Assembly: GCF_037042905.1 (NCBI RefSeq)
Contig: NC_087252.1
Span: forward strand, 10,170,001 to 10,234,000
Direction: 5' to 3'
Source: Lytechinus pictus
Taxonomy: Eukaryota
Length of the DNA stretch: 64,000 nt
The position numbers and the translations under genes were made by a program. Below the pieces are notes generated by a model that saw only the letters and a program-made list of their open reading frames with translations, searched no databases and had not been told where the DNA came from. Position 1 is the stretch's first letter. Each line of letters opens with the position of its first letter. Below are positions 53,346-64,000 of this stretch, in pieces.

Positions 53346-55190
53346 TCGAAACACTCCATCAACAGCATACCATACAGCCAAGCGCTAAGAGTAAGACGAA
53401 TTTGTTCCGAAGCTAGCCGAGAAGACCACCATCTCAGCCAGCTTCGGCAACACTTTGAAGACCGGGACTACAACCCACAAATTGTAAAAAAGCAAATAGA
53501 AAAGGCAAAAGAAAAACCCAAAGAACAACTCCTCACATATCAGTCCAATCAAAAACAAAACAACAACATCTACTTCCCCATGACCTTCTCACCCGTAACA
53601 TCCAAAGTACCCAAAATAATTAAAACACATTTCCCCATCCTACAACAATCAGCAACAACAGCCAACATCTTCCCGAACAAGCCCACTACTTCCTACCGTA
53701 GAGGGCGCACCCTACACAACCTCCTTGTCAGAGCAGGACACCCGTTTCCAACACCAAACCCCACCCCCACCAACACCGCCAATGACAGCACCCCGGGATT
53801 CTTCAAATGTAAATCACACAAATGCATTCTCCATAATCACATCAAGGACACCACGAAATTCACCAGCACCGTAACAAAACAAAATTACACAATAACATCA
53901 CACATCACATGCAAATCCACCTGGATAATATAGCTCATCACATGTACCAAATGCAAAAAACAATATGTTGGCAAAACTAAAACCACCCTTTACACCAGAT
54001 TCAACAATACGAGATCCGAAATTCGGAACTTCCATTCACCACAGCACAAGACCCTTCCATACACTGTGCACTTCAACCTTCCCTCCCATTCCCTAGAAAA
54101 TGTCCAAATTACCGGGATCGAGTCAATCAGAAGTAGGTCACGTGAAGCAATACTACACCGAGAGTCATTTTGGATATCAAAACTAAAAACATTACAACCA
54201 CATGGTATCAATGCCGAACGATAGATCACTGACCACCCAATGTTCGCCCCCCCCCCCCCACCTACTCCTGATTGACTCTAACCCCACGACCCATTTCCGT
54301 TTCCCCTTTCAAGGGTCAATGCACTTTCACATTCACTGATATACACACCCACACATCACCCATCTGGTCAAGCACTTACAGCAAAACTTGAAGGTAAAAA
54401 ATCAGATATTTATAATGTATTTATATGGTATACATCACTTATATATCGCAGTACCACATATATTATTGTTACCTTTACCATGTTTACCTTATATAATACT
54501 TTGTGTAATTACTAGCACTACCAAGGATATTGGAGTAGGATTTGTTTGGGTATCTGCGCGTATGTGAGAGTGTGTGTGACTGCGAGTGTGATAACTTACA
54601 TACATAAGTTCACGTGCTTAGACGCGAATGTATATAAATCAATTATACAGTACACACCACAATATGTCTATTCACTCTCATAAAAGATTCGTAATAAAAA
54701 TATGTGCAAACTTAATCTATTTTAGCTTTTGGATAATCTTAATTAAGCATTACCAATACAATGCAACTTCTTTTGAGATATATATAGTTTTGACATATTT
54801 GTTTTATTTTGAGATATATGTACTATTATACATTTTGAGATATATGTCCACATACTTTCAAAAAATGTTTGTAATAAAAATCTGCGTAAACTTAATTGAT
54901 TTTAATAGCTATTGGATAATCCCAATTAAACATTACCGATGTAAAACATTTTCTTTTAAGATATACTTATATTTAGTAAATTGATCCAAATATATGCATG
55001 ATACATGTAAAGCCATTATGTCTTTTACATCTTCAGATACCTGAAGAAGGCCGAACTAAATGGCCGAAAGCTTGTACAAATAAAAGTTGAAGAAATCCAG
55101 GCTACGTCTCTAGCTTCAATGCTTTTTGAGCTTCTTCGCGAATATATTACTCACTGAAGCACCTACGCAATGTTTAGGTCCTTGCTCATC
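53346..55190 (+). mobile_element. 5'-truncated Penelope-like retroelement (RT thumb, linker, GIY-YIG endonuclease, 3' region)
   Basis: One frame 53361-54224: SIPYSQALRVRRICS...SYRRGRTL...CKSHKC...II*LITCTKCKKQYVGKT...RF...HF...RESFWISKLKTLQPHGIN. Single internal stop at 53931. Confidence 0.9.
55038..55076 (+). ncRNA. Minimal type I hammerhead ribozyme motif (Penelope-associated)
   Basis: TAC-CTGAAGA-A-GGCC-gaactaaat-GGCC-GAAA-GCTT-GTA: core boxes, stem II, palindromic stem III, short stem I, followed by AATAAA. Confidence 0.75.
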
Positions 55191-55331
55191 ACAATTATAT
55201 ATATATATATATATATATATGATAATAATAATAATAATAATAATAACAATGATAATAGAAATTATATATATAAATATATATATATATGAATATATATAAT
55301 TTAATAATGATAATAAAAATTATATATATAA

Positions 55332-55364
<33 letters not shown>

Positions 55365-57432
55365 CAACACAACAAAAAAAGTAAGTCCCCCTTAAACAAA
55401 CATCAATAATTTCCGAACCAATGCGAGTTTTTGATATATTTTTACATGAGCGTGTAGGTAATTTTATAAGCTACCCTCTGAGTAAATGTTATGGACGTAT
55501 TTTACGTCCTGCTTCAGTGAGCACCGTCAGAAGGAAAAAATGTCACTTTTCAAAAGTCGCAAGCCCAAAATCATGACTATGATTCCATTTTATTGGAACT
55601 GATTCCACAAATTCATCATGAAAAATGGTCAGAAGGCTTGCAAAAGGTACTTTCTAAAAGACGATACAATTTTTTGGCTAAATTCCACGGTTGAATAAAC
55701 ACAAGTCCAAATTTGATATAATTGGAATTTTACACATTTTCATCAATAAAAATGATAGAATATGATGACAGTTAATTTTGGGAAGAGTATCTTCAACAAT
55801 ATTCATCGTTTCACGGTTCAATGAACATTTATTGAAAACAAAACATACGATTTTCAAATATCATAGGCAAGTATTGTTTCATTTTGGTAACTGAAACTGA
55901 TCTTTTATTAACTTTTTCGTTATGTTCATGACCAATTAACATGCTTCAATGATTCAAAGGCGTTCAATTCAACATTCACGCTTGAATGAACATGTGAAAT
56001 GTGATTAGCTCTTTTTTACGTTATTGGAAAAAATGCAATTTGTAACTATGGATATCTGTAACAAACCTCCTTGCATGATTCATTTGATTTGATTTTTATG
56101 AAAATCCCGATGTTTAATGCATCAGTGAGCACACAATATTCGAAAATTATGCAAATGAGCAGAAAGTTCACGGCCTTGGCCCCACTCTGTGCCGTATCGA
56201 ATCGTTATTTTGGTGTGCGCACCTTTTGGATAGTGTTACTCTGAAGCCATGTGCGAAGTTTCATGAAATAACTGTTGGCAGAAGTAACAAAAAGCGTTCA
56301 TGAAACAAACCCCTTATTTCATATTTGTTAAATTTTTGACTTCCTCTCTCATAGACATGTGCACATTATGGGTGCATATGTTTAAAAATAAGTAACCCCT
56401 TATTCAATATGGTGGACCTTTTTTTCAAGGCTCTCTTTAGCAATGTCATTTGGCAGTAATGTTTATCAACCTATGGGCAGAATCCTGTACAAAAATGAAA
56501 TCGATTTGTTTATTTACGGATGAGTGAGCACGCATCAAATTGGGAAAATTGGTATTTTCAATGTCACAGACTCATTTTAAAGGGAAATAAGGTGAATATT
56601 GGGGGCAAATTCGGTTTCAAATGTGACTTTAATTGCTGTTGGTTTTATCATCCATCATTTCTATCACCACACATTTTCCGAACTTTTAACATTTTCATGG
56701 TTGAGCGAGCACATTCGAAAACTTAGGAATGAGTACTCTTTATACTGCATAAATGTATTTTTTTTTCCGAACAATTTCTCATGATCAGTTTAATTTATGG
56801 ACAAATCAGTGGTGGATCCAGAATTTAAAAATGGGGGAGGGGCCTATAATTGGGGAGCCACCAACATTTTTAATTTGACCTAGCAAGTTGTAGAGGATAC
56901 TACCGAAAACGTCCATGATGATACGTCACAATACAGGGGCCGCGGAACGGTTTTCAAAGTGTGGGGGAGGGGCTAAGCCAAGAGTGGGGGGCTGATCATC
57001 CAAAAAATTACAATCGTATGGTCATTTTACATTTTTGAACATGCTTTTGGAAAACAAGTGGGCCCCACCCCGCTTCTGCGGCCCCTGCTATATTGTGCTC
57101 ACTCAACCATGAACATACGACATCAAAATTGTGTGTGGGGTGGCTTAATGATGGATAGTAAAACAGCATTTATAACACCATAAAATTCACCTTAAAACAA
57201 CTTTTGCCCAACTTTGTATTTGCACAATCTGAAAAACGACTCTCGTGACTTTCAAAAATTGCAATTTTTAATTCAATCTTTAATTACTCATGCATGACTC
57301 AACCGATCAATCTCATTTTTCCCCAGGAGTTGCCTAATTAGTGTAAAAAACTACCTATGAAATATCATATCTCAAAATAACTCCGTTCGAAAGTTACAGC
57401 AATTTGATTTAGGGGGGACTTACTTTTTTTGT

Positions 57433-57436
<4 letters not shown>
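55365..57436. mobile_element. About 2.07-kb non-autonomous TIR element in (TA)n, copy 2 (inverted relative to 27278-29337)
   Basis: Same TIRs and colinear reverse-complement homology. Confidence 0.85.
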
Positions 57437-57480
<44 letters not shown>

Positions 57481-57728
57481 GAATTTTTTATTATCATTAT
57501 TATTATCATCATCATCATTAATAATATTTGCGGCTCTGCCCCGTGCTATTGTCGACCAAGTCTCTCATAATGACTAATGGTGGCACATGTATTGAGAACC
57601 GACATATACGAACAAAACAAAAAGTTTATTCTGGTAAAAACGGTGAATTGTTGTGTAAAGTTAATCATTTGGTTTGTATAGATTTGACACTATGTTGGTA
57701 AAATGAACATGTAATTCGCGAAAGATAT

Positions 57729-58153
57729 GGTTACACTTCGTAATTCCGAAGGTTCGTAATTCCGAAAACACGCAAATTGCCTATACCTCGATGTTCGTTA
57801 ATCCGAAAACGTAAAAGGGTTCAAGGGTTCGTTAATCCGAACATTTGTGGCGTTATTCCGAAGGTACGATAATCCGAAAACGAAATAAGGTTTGATGTTC
57901 CGAAGGTTCGTTAATCCGAAAACGAAATAAGGTTCGTTGTTCCGAAGGTTCGTTAATCCAAAAACGAAATAAGGTTCGTTGTTCCGAAGGTTCGTTAGTC
58001 CTAACACGAAATATGGTTAGTTAATCATTTCGTTTTCGGACTAACGAACCTTCGGAATTACGAACCTTCGGAAATACGAACCTTCGGAATAACGAACCTT
58101 CGGAATATCCGAACCTTCGGAATAACAAAGTTTCGGAATTACGAATGTATGCG
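57729..58153. mobile_element. Mutator-like fold-back MITE, uninterrupted copy
   Basis: Same termini as 44321-47057, perfect 9-bp TSD GAAAGATAT. Confidence 0.88.
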
Positions 58154-58820
58154 GAAAGATATTCATTGTTATGTTAGGTGTACAGTTCGATCCTCACTTG
58201 TCGTATAATCTTACTTCCTGGTCGTTACTTTGTCATGTTTGCGTACATATGTGTCAGATTGCTGTTTAAAAACGATTAAAGCAAAACTTATTTTCATATG
58301 ATATATGCTACACAATTGGGGTTTATGCTTAAAGGAATTTATTGGTTGTCACTCGTTGAATCAATGGAATACGTTAAATAAAAATACATTAATTGAAATA
58401 TTATATCCTACAAATATACGATTGAACACTACATTTCGAGCAATGGATTAAGAACTCTAATGGAGCGAGGAGCCACAATGATGATTAAACTTTTAAAAGA
58501 AAAATCACATCAACCGGCATAATTATGTTCCCGCTGGTGTCTTATCTTGCCAAGGATTGGGGTGGACTCAATTCTTATTCAATTTAAGATTGAATTATAT
58601 TCTTATTTTGATTTGCAATATACTGAAACTGTTGTAAGACGGTATAAGACTCCTACATTCAACTTAAATCAGAAAATGTCTCTAGCCATACAGAATGACA
58701 AATTTATGTTACTTTATTTATTTGTATGTGTATCGATGTTAATGCATAAATTCTTATCAATGCGAAGTCGTGTATTCCATGTTCACGTTACGTATTGTTT
58801 TTTCCACACGTTTTTTCCCA

Positions 58821-58920
58821 CTAGACCTTGTTCCAAAAGAAGGTTAACAGAGAAAGTATAATCATCAGACTGCAGCTCATCTTGACGTTGGTGGCGGCAT
58901 TGCAGAAATCTCCAGAACAA
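58821..58920 (-). CDS. Ly6/uPAR (Quiver-like) protein B, last exon
   Basis: tttgcag acceptor, phase 2. (S)CSGDFCNAATNVKMSCSLMIILSLLTFFWNKV*, a GPI-signal-like tail. Confidence 0.85.
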
Positions 58921-59253
58921 CTGCAAATAGTTATTAAAAACAAAACAAAAAAACTGCATGGTTTGAAACAAAACAAAAATGGAGGGAAAATACGTGCGTC
59001 ATCAGGCAAGCTTGATACGAATAAGCGTAATTGACGTACAGAAAATAAAAAAAAATGTATTCGTAGAGCGTCTGAGGTGAAGGTGGCTAAATTGTTTTTT
59101 TTTTTTTTTTAATCATTCTTTCATGAAAATAAACAAATATGACACAGTGGAAGTATAAAGCTTGAAGAAGAGGCGTTCATAGCACAAATGAAGTATTTGT
59201 AATTATGTGAGAATTATTTCCCCGATTGTCATATTCAATCCAAAACACAACAG

Positions 59254-59398
59254 AGGCCCGTTGCAGAGAGAGTTGCAATCAATCGCAACTCTAAAAATCA
59301 TGCGCAACTTGATTTTCAACCAATCAAAAGCGCGCATTTGGGACTTGCGATTGATTTTTGGGCTTGCGTTTAAACGCATCTCGTTCTGCAACGGGCCC
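59254..59398. mobile_element. PIF/Harbinger-type MITE (intronic)
   Basis: TIRs AGGCCCGTTGCAGA / TCTGCAACGGGCCC, 3-bp TSD CAG. Confidence 0.8.
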
Positions 59399-59726
59399 CA
59401 GGTGTGTTTTTATGATTGATTCACATTGCGTGTGGTACAGGTGACGCTTCGTCTCATTTGTCAGATCACGCTCAAGGGATGCAGATGCATACCAGTGACA
59501 TATTAACCAGTGAAATTACGAGATGAATATCACGTGATCGTTGACTCTTCAGCATGATTTAATTCTTGTTGAAACACCTTGGGTCTGGTGGAAGGTGCGA
59601 TACATAAATAATCTATCATGAACTGGTGAATTCCACATTTCTAATCAGTTACGCATTCGTCTCACCAGATGTTTTTCCTTTCTTTAATCGGCTGAAAGAC
59701 AAAAAAATCACCATTGTTTTTCTCAC

Positions 59727-59913
59727 CTGCAAGCTTTTCCAGATAGTACCTCGTCCCAATCGAGGCTCTTCCCAATCTTATGATCAATGTCATCCTTGTA
59801 CGGCAGAAGATATTCAAGGACTGAGCCAGGTGAAGCCTCGCAGCCAGCAGAGTGACTTGAAGAACCACATCCCATATATATCACATGGAGGGATCCCCAT
59901 TGTATATTGCCCC
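59727..59913 (-). CDS. Ly6/uPAR protein B, internal exon
   Basis: cag / GTGAG boundaries, phase 1-2, 187 nt. GGNIQWGSLHVIYMGCGSSSHSAGCEASPGSVLEYLLPYKDDIDHKIGKSLDWDEVLSGKAC. Confidence 0.85.
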
Positions 59914-60029
59914 CTGTATGGCAGAGGATATGGATGCATTGGGGAAAATGCTTATTGTTTGATCGGACTGATTTCTCATCATTAAAACTAACAAAAACTC
60001 ACGAGATCAACAGTGGCGGAAAAACTTAT

Positions 60030-60192
60030 ATAGTATAGTAGGAATGGTAGTTACTTTAGAAGTAGTAGTAGTATTAGTAGTAGTAGTAGTAGTAGTAGTA
60101 AAAGTAAATGTAGAAGTAGTAGTAATAGTTGTTGTTGTTTCTGTTGTTGTTATTGTAATAGCAGTAGTAGTAATATTAGTTATTATATCAAT

Positions 60193-60225
<33 letters not shown>

Positions 60226-60251
60226 CAATAGTTGTAGTAGTGGTGTTAGTA

Positions 60252-60293
<42 letters not shown>

Positions 60294-60294
60294 A

Positions 60295-60333
<39 letters not shown>

Positions 60334-60334
60334 A

Positions 60335-60371
<37 letters not shown>

Positions 60372-60431
60372 ATAGTAGTAGTAGTGGTAGTTTTAGTAGT
60401 ATAGTAGTAGTAGTAGAAGTAGTAGTAGTAA

Positions 60432-60467
<36 letters not shown>

Positions 60468-60838
60468 TTTTAGTAGTATAGTAATAGTAGTAGTAGTAGT
60501 AGTAGAAGTAGTAGGAGTAGTACTAGTAGAAGTAGTAGTAGTAGGAGGAGGAGTAGTAGTAGTAGTACCAGTTGCGTACAGATGGAGGGGCTTGGGAATG
60601 ACAAAGAAAGAGAGAAGGGTGAAATATGATATTTTCTTTAAAAAATTGTCAACATCTATCACAAAATTTGATAACTGTAATGAAAAAAAAATCGGTCGCT
60701 CGCAACTTTTTATAAGTTCTGCCCGATACACCATATATTGGCACCTCAAATTTTGGGGGCCGATAACGCCACGTATTAGTAGTAGCAGCAGCAGCAGGAG
60801 CAGTAGTAGTAGAAGTAGTAGTAGTAGTAGTAGTTGTT

Positions 60839-60877
<39 letters not shown>

Positions 60878-60910
60878 ATATTAGTAGTAGTAGTAGTAGT
60901 AGTAGTAGTA
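60030..60910. repeat. Long imperfect (TAG)n microsatellite with an unrelated insert at about 60569-60775
   Basis: Direct inspection. Confidence 0.95.
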
Positions 60911-61149
60911 GAGTAGTACTTGAAGTAATCATGGTAATAGTAGGTCCGGTAGTAACAACAGTGGTAGGACTATTATCTACATTTGAAAAGGGCAAACTGT
61001 TGCTGTTTCCCAGAGCACCTCCACCCTCCCCCCTCCCCCCCCCCCCTTCGTTATGAATGAAAGATTTGCGGTTAGTGGCATCTAACACCATAATTGGAGT
61101 ATTCACACCTCTAAAATATCTAGGCCGCATCAGAACAGCGCCCGCATAC

Positions 61150-61392
61150 CTTCCATATAGGTGAACAAAACTTCAGCATTCAACTTCTCACAACCGGATC
61201 CGTCCCCGCAGTACATTCGTTGAAAATCGTTCGGGTAATAGCAGTCACCGTGATCAGGCCATGAGGTGGGAGTGGTGGGGTGTGTTCCGGTTTCGTTACG
61301 GACCGTACCGTTCGATCCCCGCTGCCCTTCGAACATGTCGAATTGGATATTACTCCGTGTCGAGAAGCACGAGAAGCAGTATTCAGCTGAGC
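61150..61392 (-). CDS. Ly6/uPAR protein B, first LU-domain exon (signal-peptide exon not found in window)
   Basis: cccag / GTATG boundaries, phase 1-1, 243 nt. GSAEYCFSCFS...DCYY...YCGDGSGCEKLNAEVLFTYME; splices in frame to the two downstream exons. Confidence 0.85.
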
Positions 61393-61449
61393 CTGGGTAA
61401 TTTAAAGATAATAATGATTCATGAGTTTTCATCAAAATTTACTTTAGCG

Positions 61450-61930
61450 TCATTATCACTATCATCATCATCATCATCACCATCACTATCATCATCACCA
61501 TCATCATCATCATCAACAACATTGTCATCATCATCATCACCACCATCATCACCATCATCATCATCTTCACCATCATCATCACCATCATCATCAACATTGT
61601 TATCATCCTCATCATCCTCATCATCATCATCATCACCACCATCCCCATCATCATCACCATCATCCCCATCATCATCATCATCATCATCACCACCACCATC
61701 ATCATCACCATCACTATCATCATCACCATCATAATCCTCATCATTATTATCCTCCTCCTCATCATCATTGTCATCAATATTATCGAGATCATCATTATCA
61801 TCATTATTGTCATCATCACCATCACTAACTTCATCATCAACATCGTCATTTTCTTTCTCATCATCTCATTCACGAGTGTCATTTTCATCGTCTTTATTAA
61901 CATCTTCCTCATTTATCACCACTACAATGT
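61450..61930. repeat. Imperfect (CAT)n microsatellite
   Basis: Direct inspection. Confidence 0.95.
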
Positions 61931-62369
61931 CATCCACACGTTGTGATTTTGTCGATTTCCCTCGTCTCTTCAATAAACGCATCCTTGTCTTTTATATTAG
62001 TTTCCCTTTTGGCATTCCTGACTTCAATAGTGTCGATGAAATATTGTCTAGTTATCATTCTCTTGTTTCTGATTTGTTACATTAAAAATCATCTGTTGCT
62101 GGTAGTAAGATGTTTAACTGAACCATTCGCTGTAAAATGATGACGTGTCACTTATTCCATCGCAATCATGGCAACAGTCAAACATAATGTATTTTTATTA
62201 GTTCTCACCTAATTGTTTATAAAACATAAATATACAAAACAAAACAGATCAGAGAATAGTAGCATAACATGCCCAAATCAAAAATAAAGTACTTATATTA
62301 ATCGATATCTAAAATTTAGGGTAAAGCAAACACTTACAACCCCAAATTAAACGCTTAAGACATTGGACA

Positions 62370-64000
62370 TATTAATAAATAATAATAAGCATTAATTTAT
62401 ATAGCGCAGCTTTTATATGGATATATTCAGCTGCGCTTGTTCAGAGCTCTTTTTACTTATGTCTACACAGCATATTTTCTTAACTAAAGAGATATGTTTT
62501 TAATTTTGATTTGAAGATAGTCAAGGATGGAGAGCTTCTTATATCAATTGGCAGGCTATTCCATAGTTTGGGGGCAGCAATTGCAAATGCACGATCACCA
62601 AGTGTGACTTTTGTTTTGTGAAATGGGATCTGAAACAATAATTTATCTGTGGAACTTCGCAGGCTTCGACTGTATGATTGGGTTTTAAGTTTGAGTAATT
62701 CTGTAATGTAATGTGGGGCTTGACCGATTAATGACTTATATACAATTAACAGAATTTTGAATGAAATTCTTTGACGTACAGGCAACCAGTGGAGTTCTCT
62801 CAGAAGAGGTGTAGTGGAACTGAACTTTGGAACACGATAGATAAGTCTTGCACATGAATTTTGGACTCTTTGTAACTTAGAAATGAGACTATCAGGCATT
62901 CCAAACAACAAACCATTGCAGTAATCAAGCTTACTTGTAATCAGAGCATGTGCCACCAGTTTGATGCTTTCTTGATCAAAGTATTTGCGAATGCGCCGAA
63001 GGTTATAGAGGAGATAATATGTTGATTTGCATACATTAGTGACCTGGGTTTCCATATTGAGGTTTGTATCAAAATAAACTCCTAAATTCCTTGCAGTATC
63101 AGATGGTTTGACATTGGATACTCCAATTTTTATACAGTTGATATTAATTTTAGAGATCTGCTGTGAGGTGCCGATGAGCAAAAATTCACTTTTGCTATCA
63201 TTTAATTTCAGATTATTGTTGAGCATCCAGCTACGAATGAAACAGATACATCGTTCCAGCCTTGAAACACTTGTGTCTGCAGAGGTAGAAGATGGCCTAA
63301 AAGATATATACAATTGTGTGTCATCAGCATAACAATGACAAGAAACTTCAGGAAAATTATTCTGAGTGCTATTAATAAGGCTACTTGTGTATAATGCAAA
63401 AAGCAATGGACCGAGTCGTGAGCCCTGGGGCACGCCAAAAGGTACTGGGAAAGAATCTGAGACAGTACCATCAATAACAACTTTTTGATGCCGATCAGAC
63501 AAGTATGACTTGATCCAGTTGAGAGCAACACCATTGATACCGAAACAGTTATGCAAAATTTCCAAAAGTCTGGTGTGGTCTATAGTATCAAATGCGCTAC
63601 TTAAGTCTAGTAATACTAGAAGAGTGACTTTCTGATTGTCCATTGCCATCAGAATATCACTCTTAATCCTAAGTAGCGCAGTTTCTGTACTATGATATTG
63701 TCTATATGCGGATTGGTTAGATGGAAGAAGTGAATTGCTATTGAGGAACTGTAAGATTTGTTGAGTGGCTGCACCTTCTACCAATTTTGAAATATATTGT
63801 AAGTTGCTTACAGGTCTTAGATTACAGAATTCAGGATCTAGACCTGGCTTTTTCAAAAGAGGTGAAACTAGGGCTATTTTCCATTCATTAGGAAAATGAC
63901 CTGTAGACAGGGAGATATTGATCATAGACGTAAAAACAGGAAGTATAACATCAATATGTTGCATAATAATATTTGTTGGAAGTGGATCAGCAGAGCAAGA
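62370..64000 (-). mobile_element. L2-clade LINE, RT region with uninterrupted 494-aa ORF (62480-63964), continuing beyond the window
   Basis: RPVSNL, QSAYRQYHSTETAL, LDLSSAFDTIDH, GVPQGSRLGP, YADDTQ, LHWLPV, GDRAF...LWNSLP. 3' (TTA)n tail at about 62372-62388. Confidence 0.95.

Noticed and set aside
44321..58153. CRISPR-like arrays (TTCCGAAGGTTCG and TGTCCCGTACGACAC repeats)
   Set aside because: No unique spacers or cas genes; these are subterminal repeats of eukaryotic transposons bounded by TSDs.
60007..62085. Long poly-Ser/Leu/Val/Met ORFs
   Set aside because: Translations of (TAG)n and (CAT)n microsatellites. Only 61150-61392 is a credible exon.

Overview
AT-rich, repeat-dense animal genomic DNA. 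The repeat style suggests an echinoderm such as a sea urchin (inference). The main feature is a 5.3-kb composite-like DNA transposon (2403-7694). Two near-identical 469-bp direct repeats, each with its own short TIRs, enclose a DDE transposase and a convergently oriented I-PpoI-type His-Me finger endonuclease. It has a TTTA target duplication and sits inside a decayed Tc1/mariner transposase. This architecture matches the KolobokP lineage of Kolobok transposons. Host genes form a minus-strand cluster of spliced Ly6/uPAR (three-finger, Quiver-like) proteins with predicted GPI anchors: one complete 3-exon gene (22592-30275), one gene lacking its first exon (58821-61392), and a degenerate duplicate of exon 1 (11265-11319). 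The remainder is LINE relics (L2, CR1-type, L1/Tx1), a Penelope GIY-YIG fragment with a hammerhead ribozyme motif, tRNA-containing fold-back repeats, many nested non-autonomous DNA transposons and microsatellites. Most short ORFs in the supplied track are spurious. All alignments and translations were done by eye.
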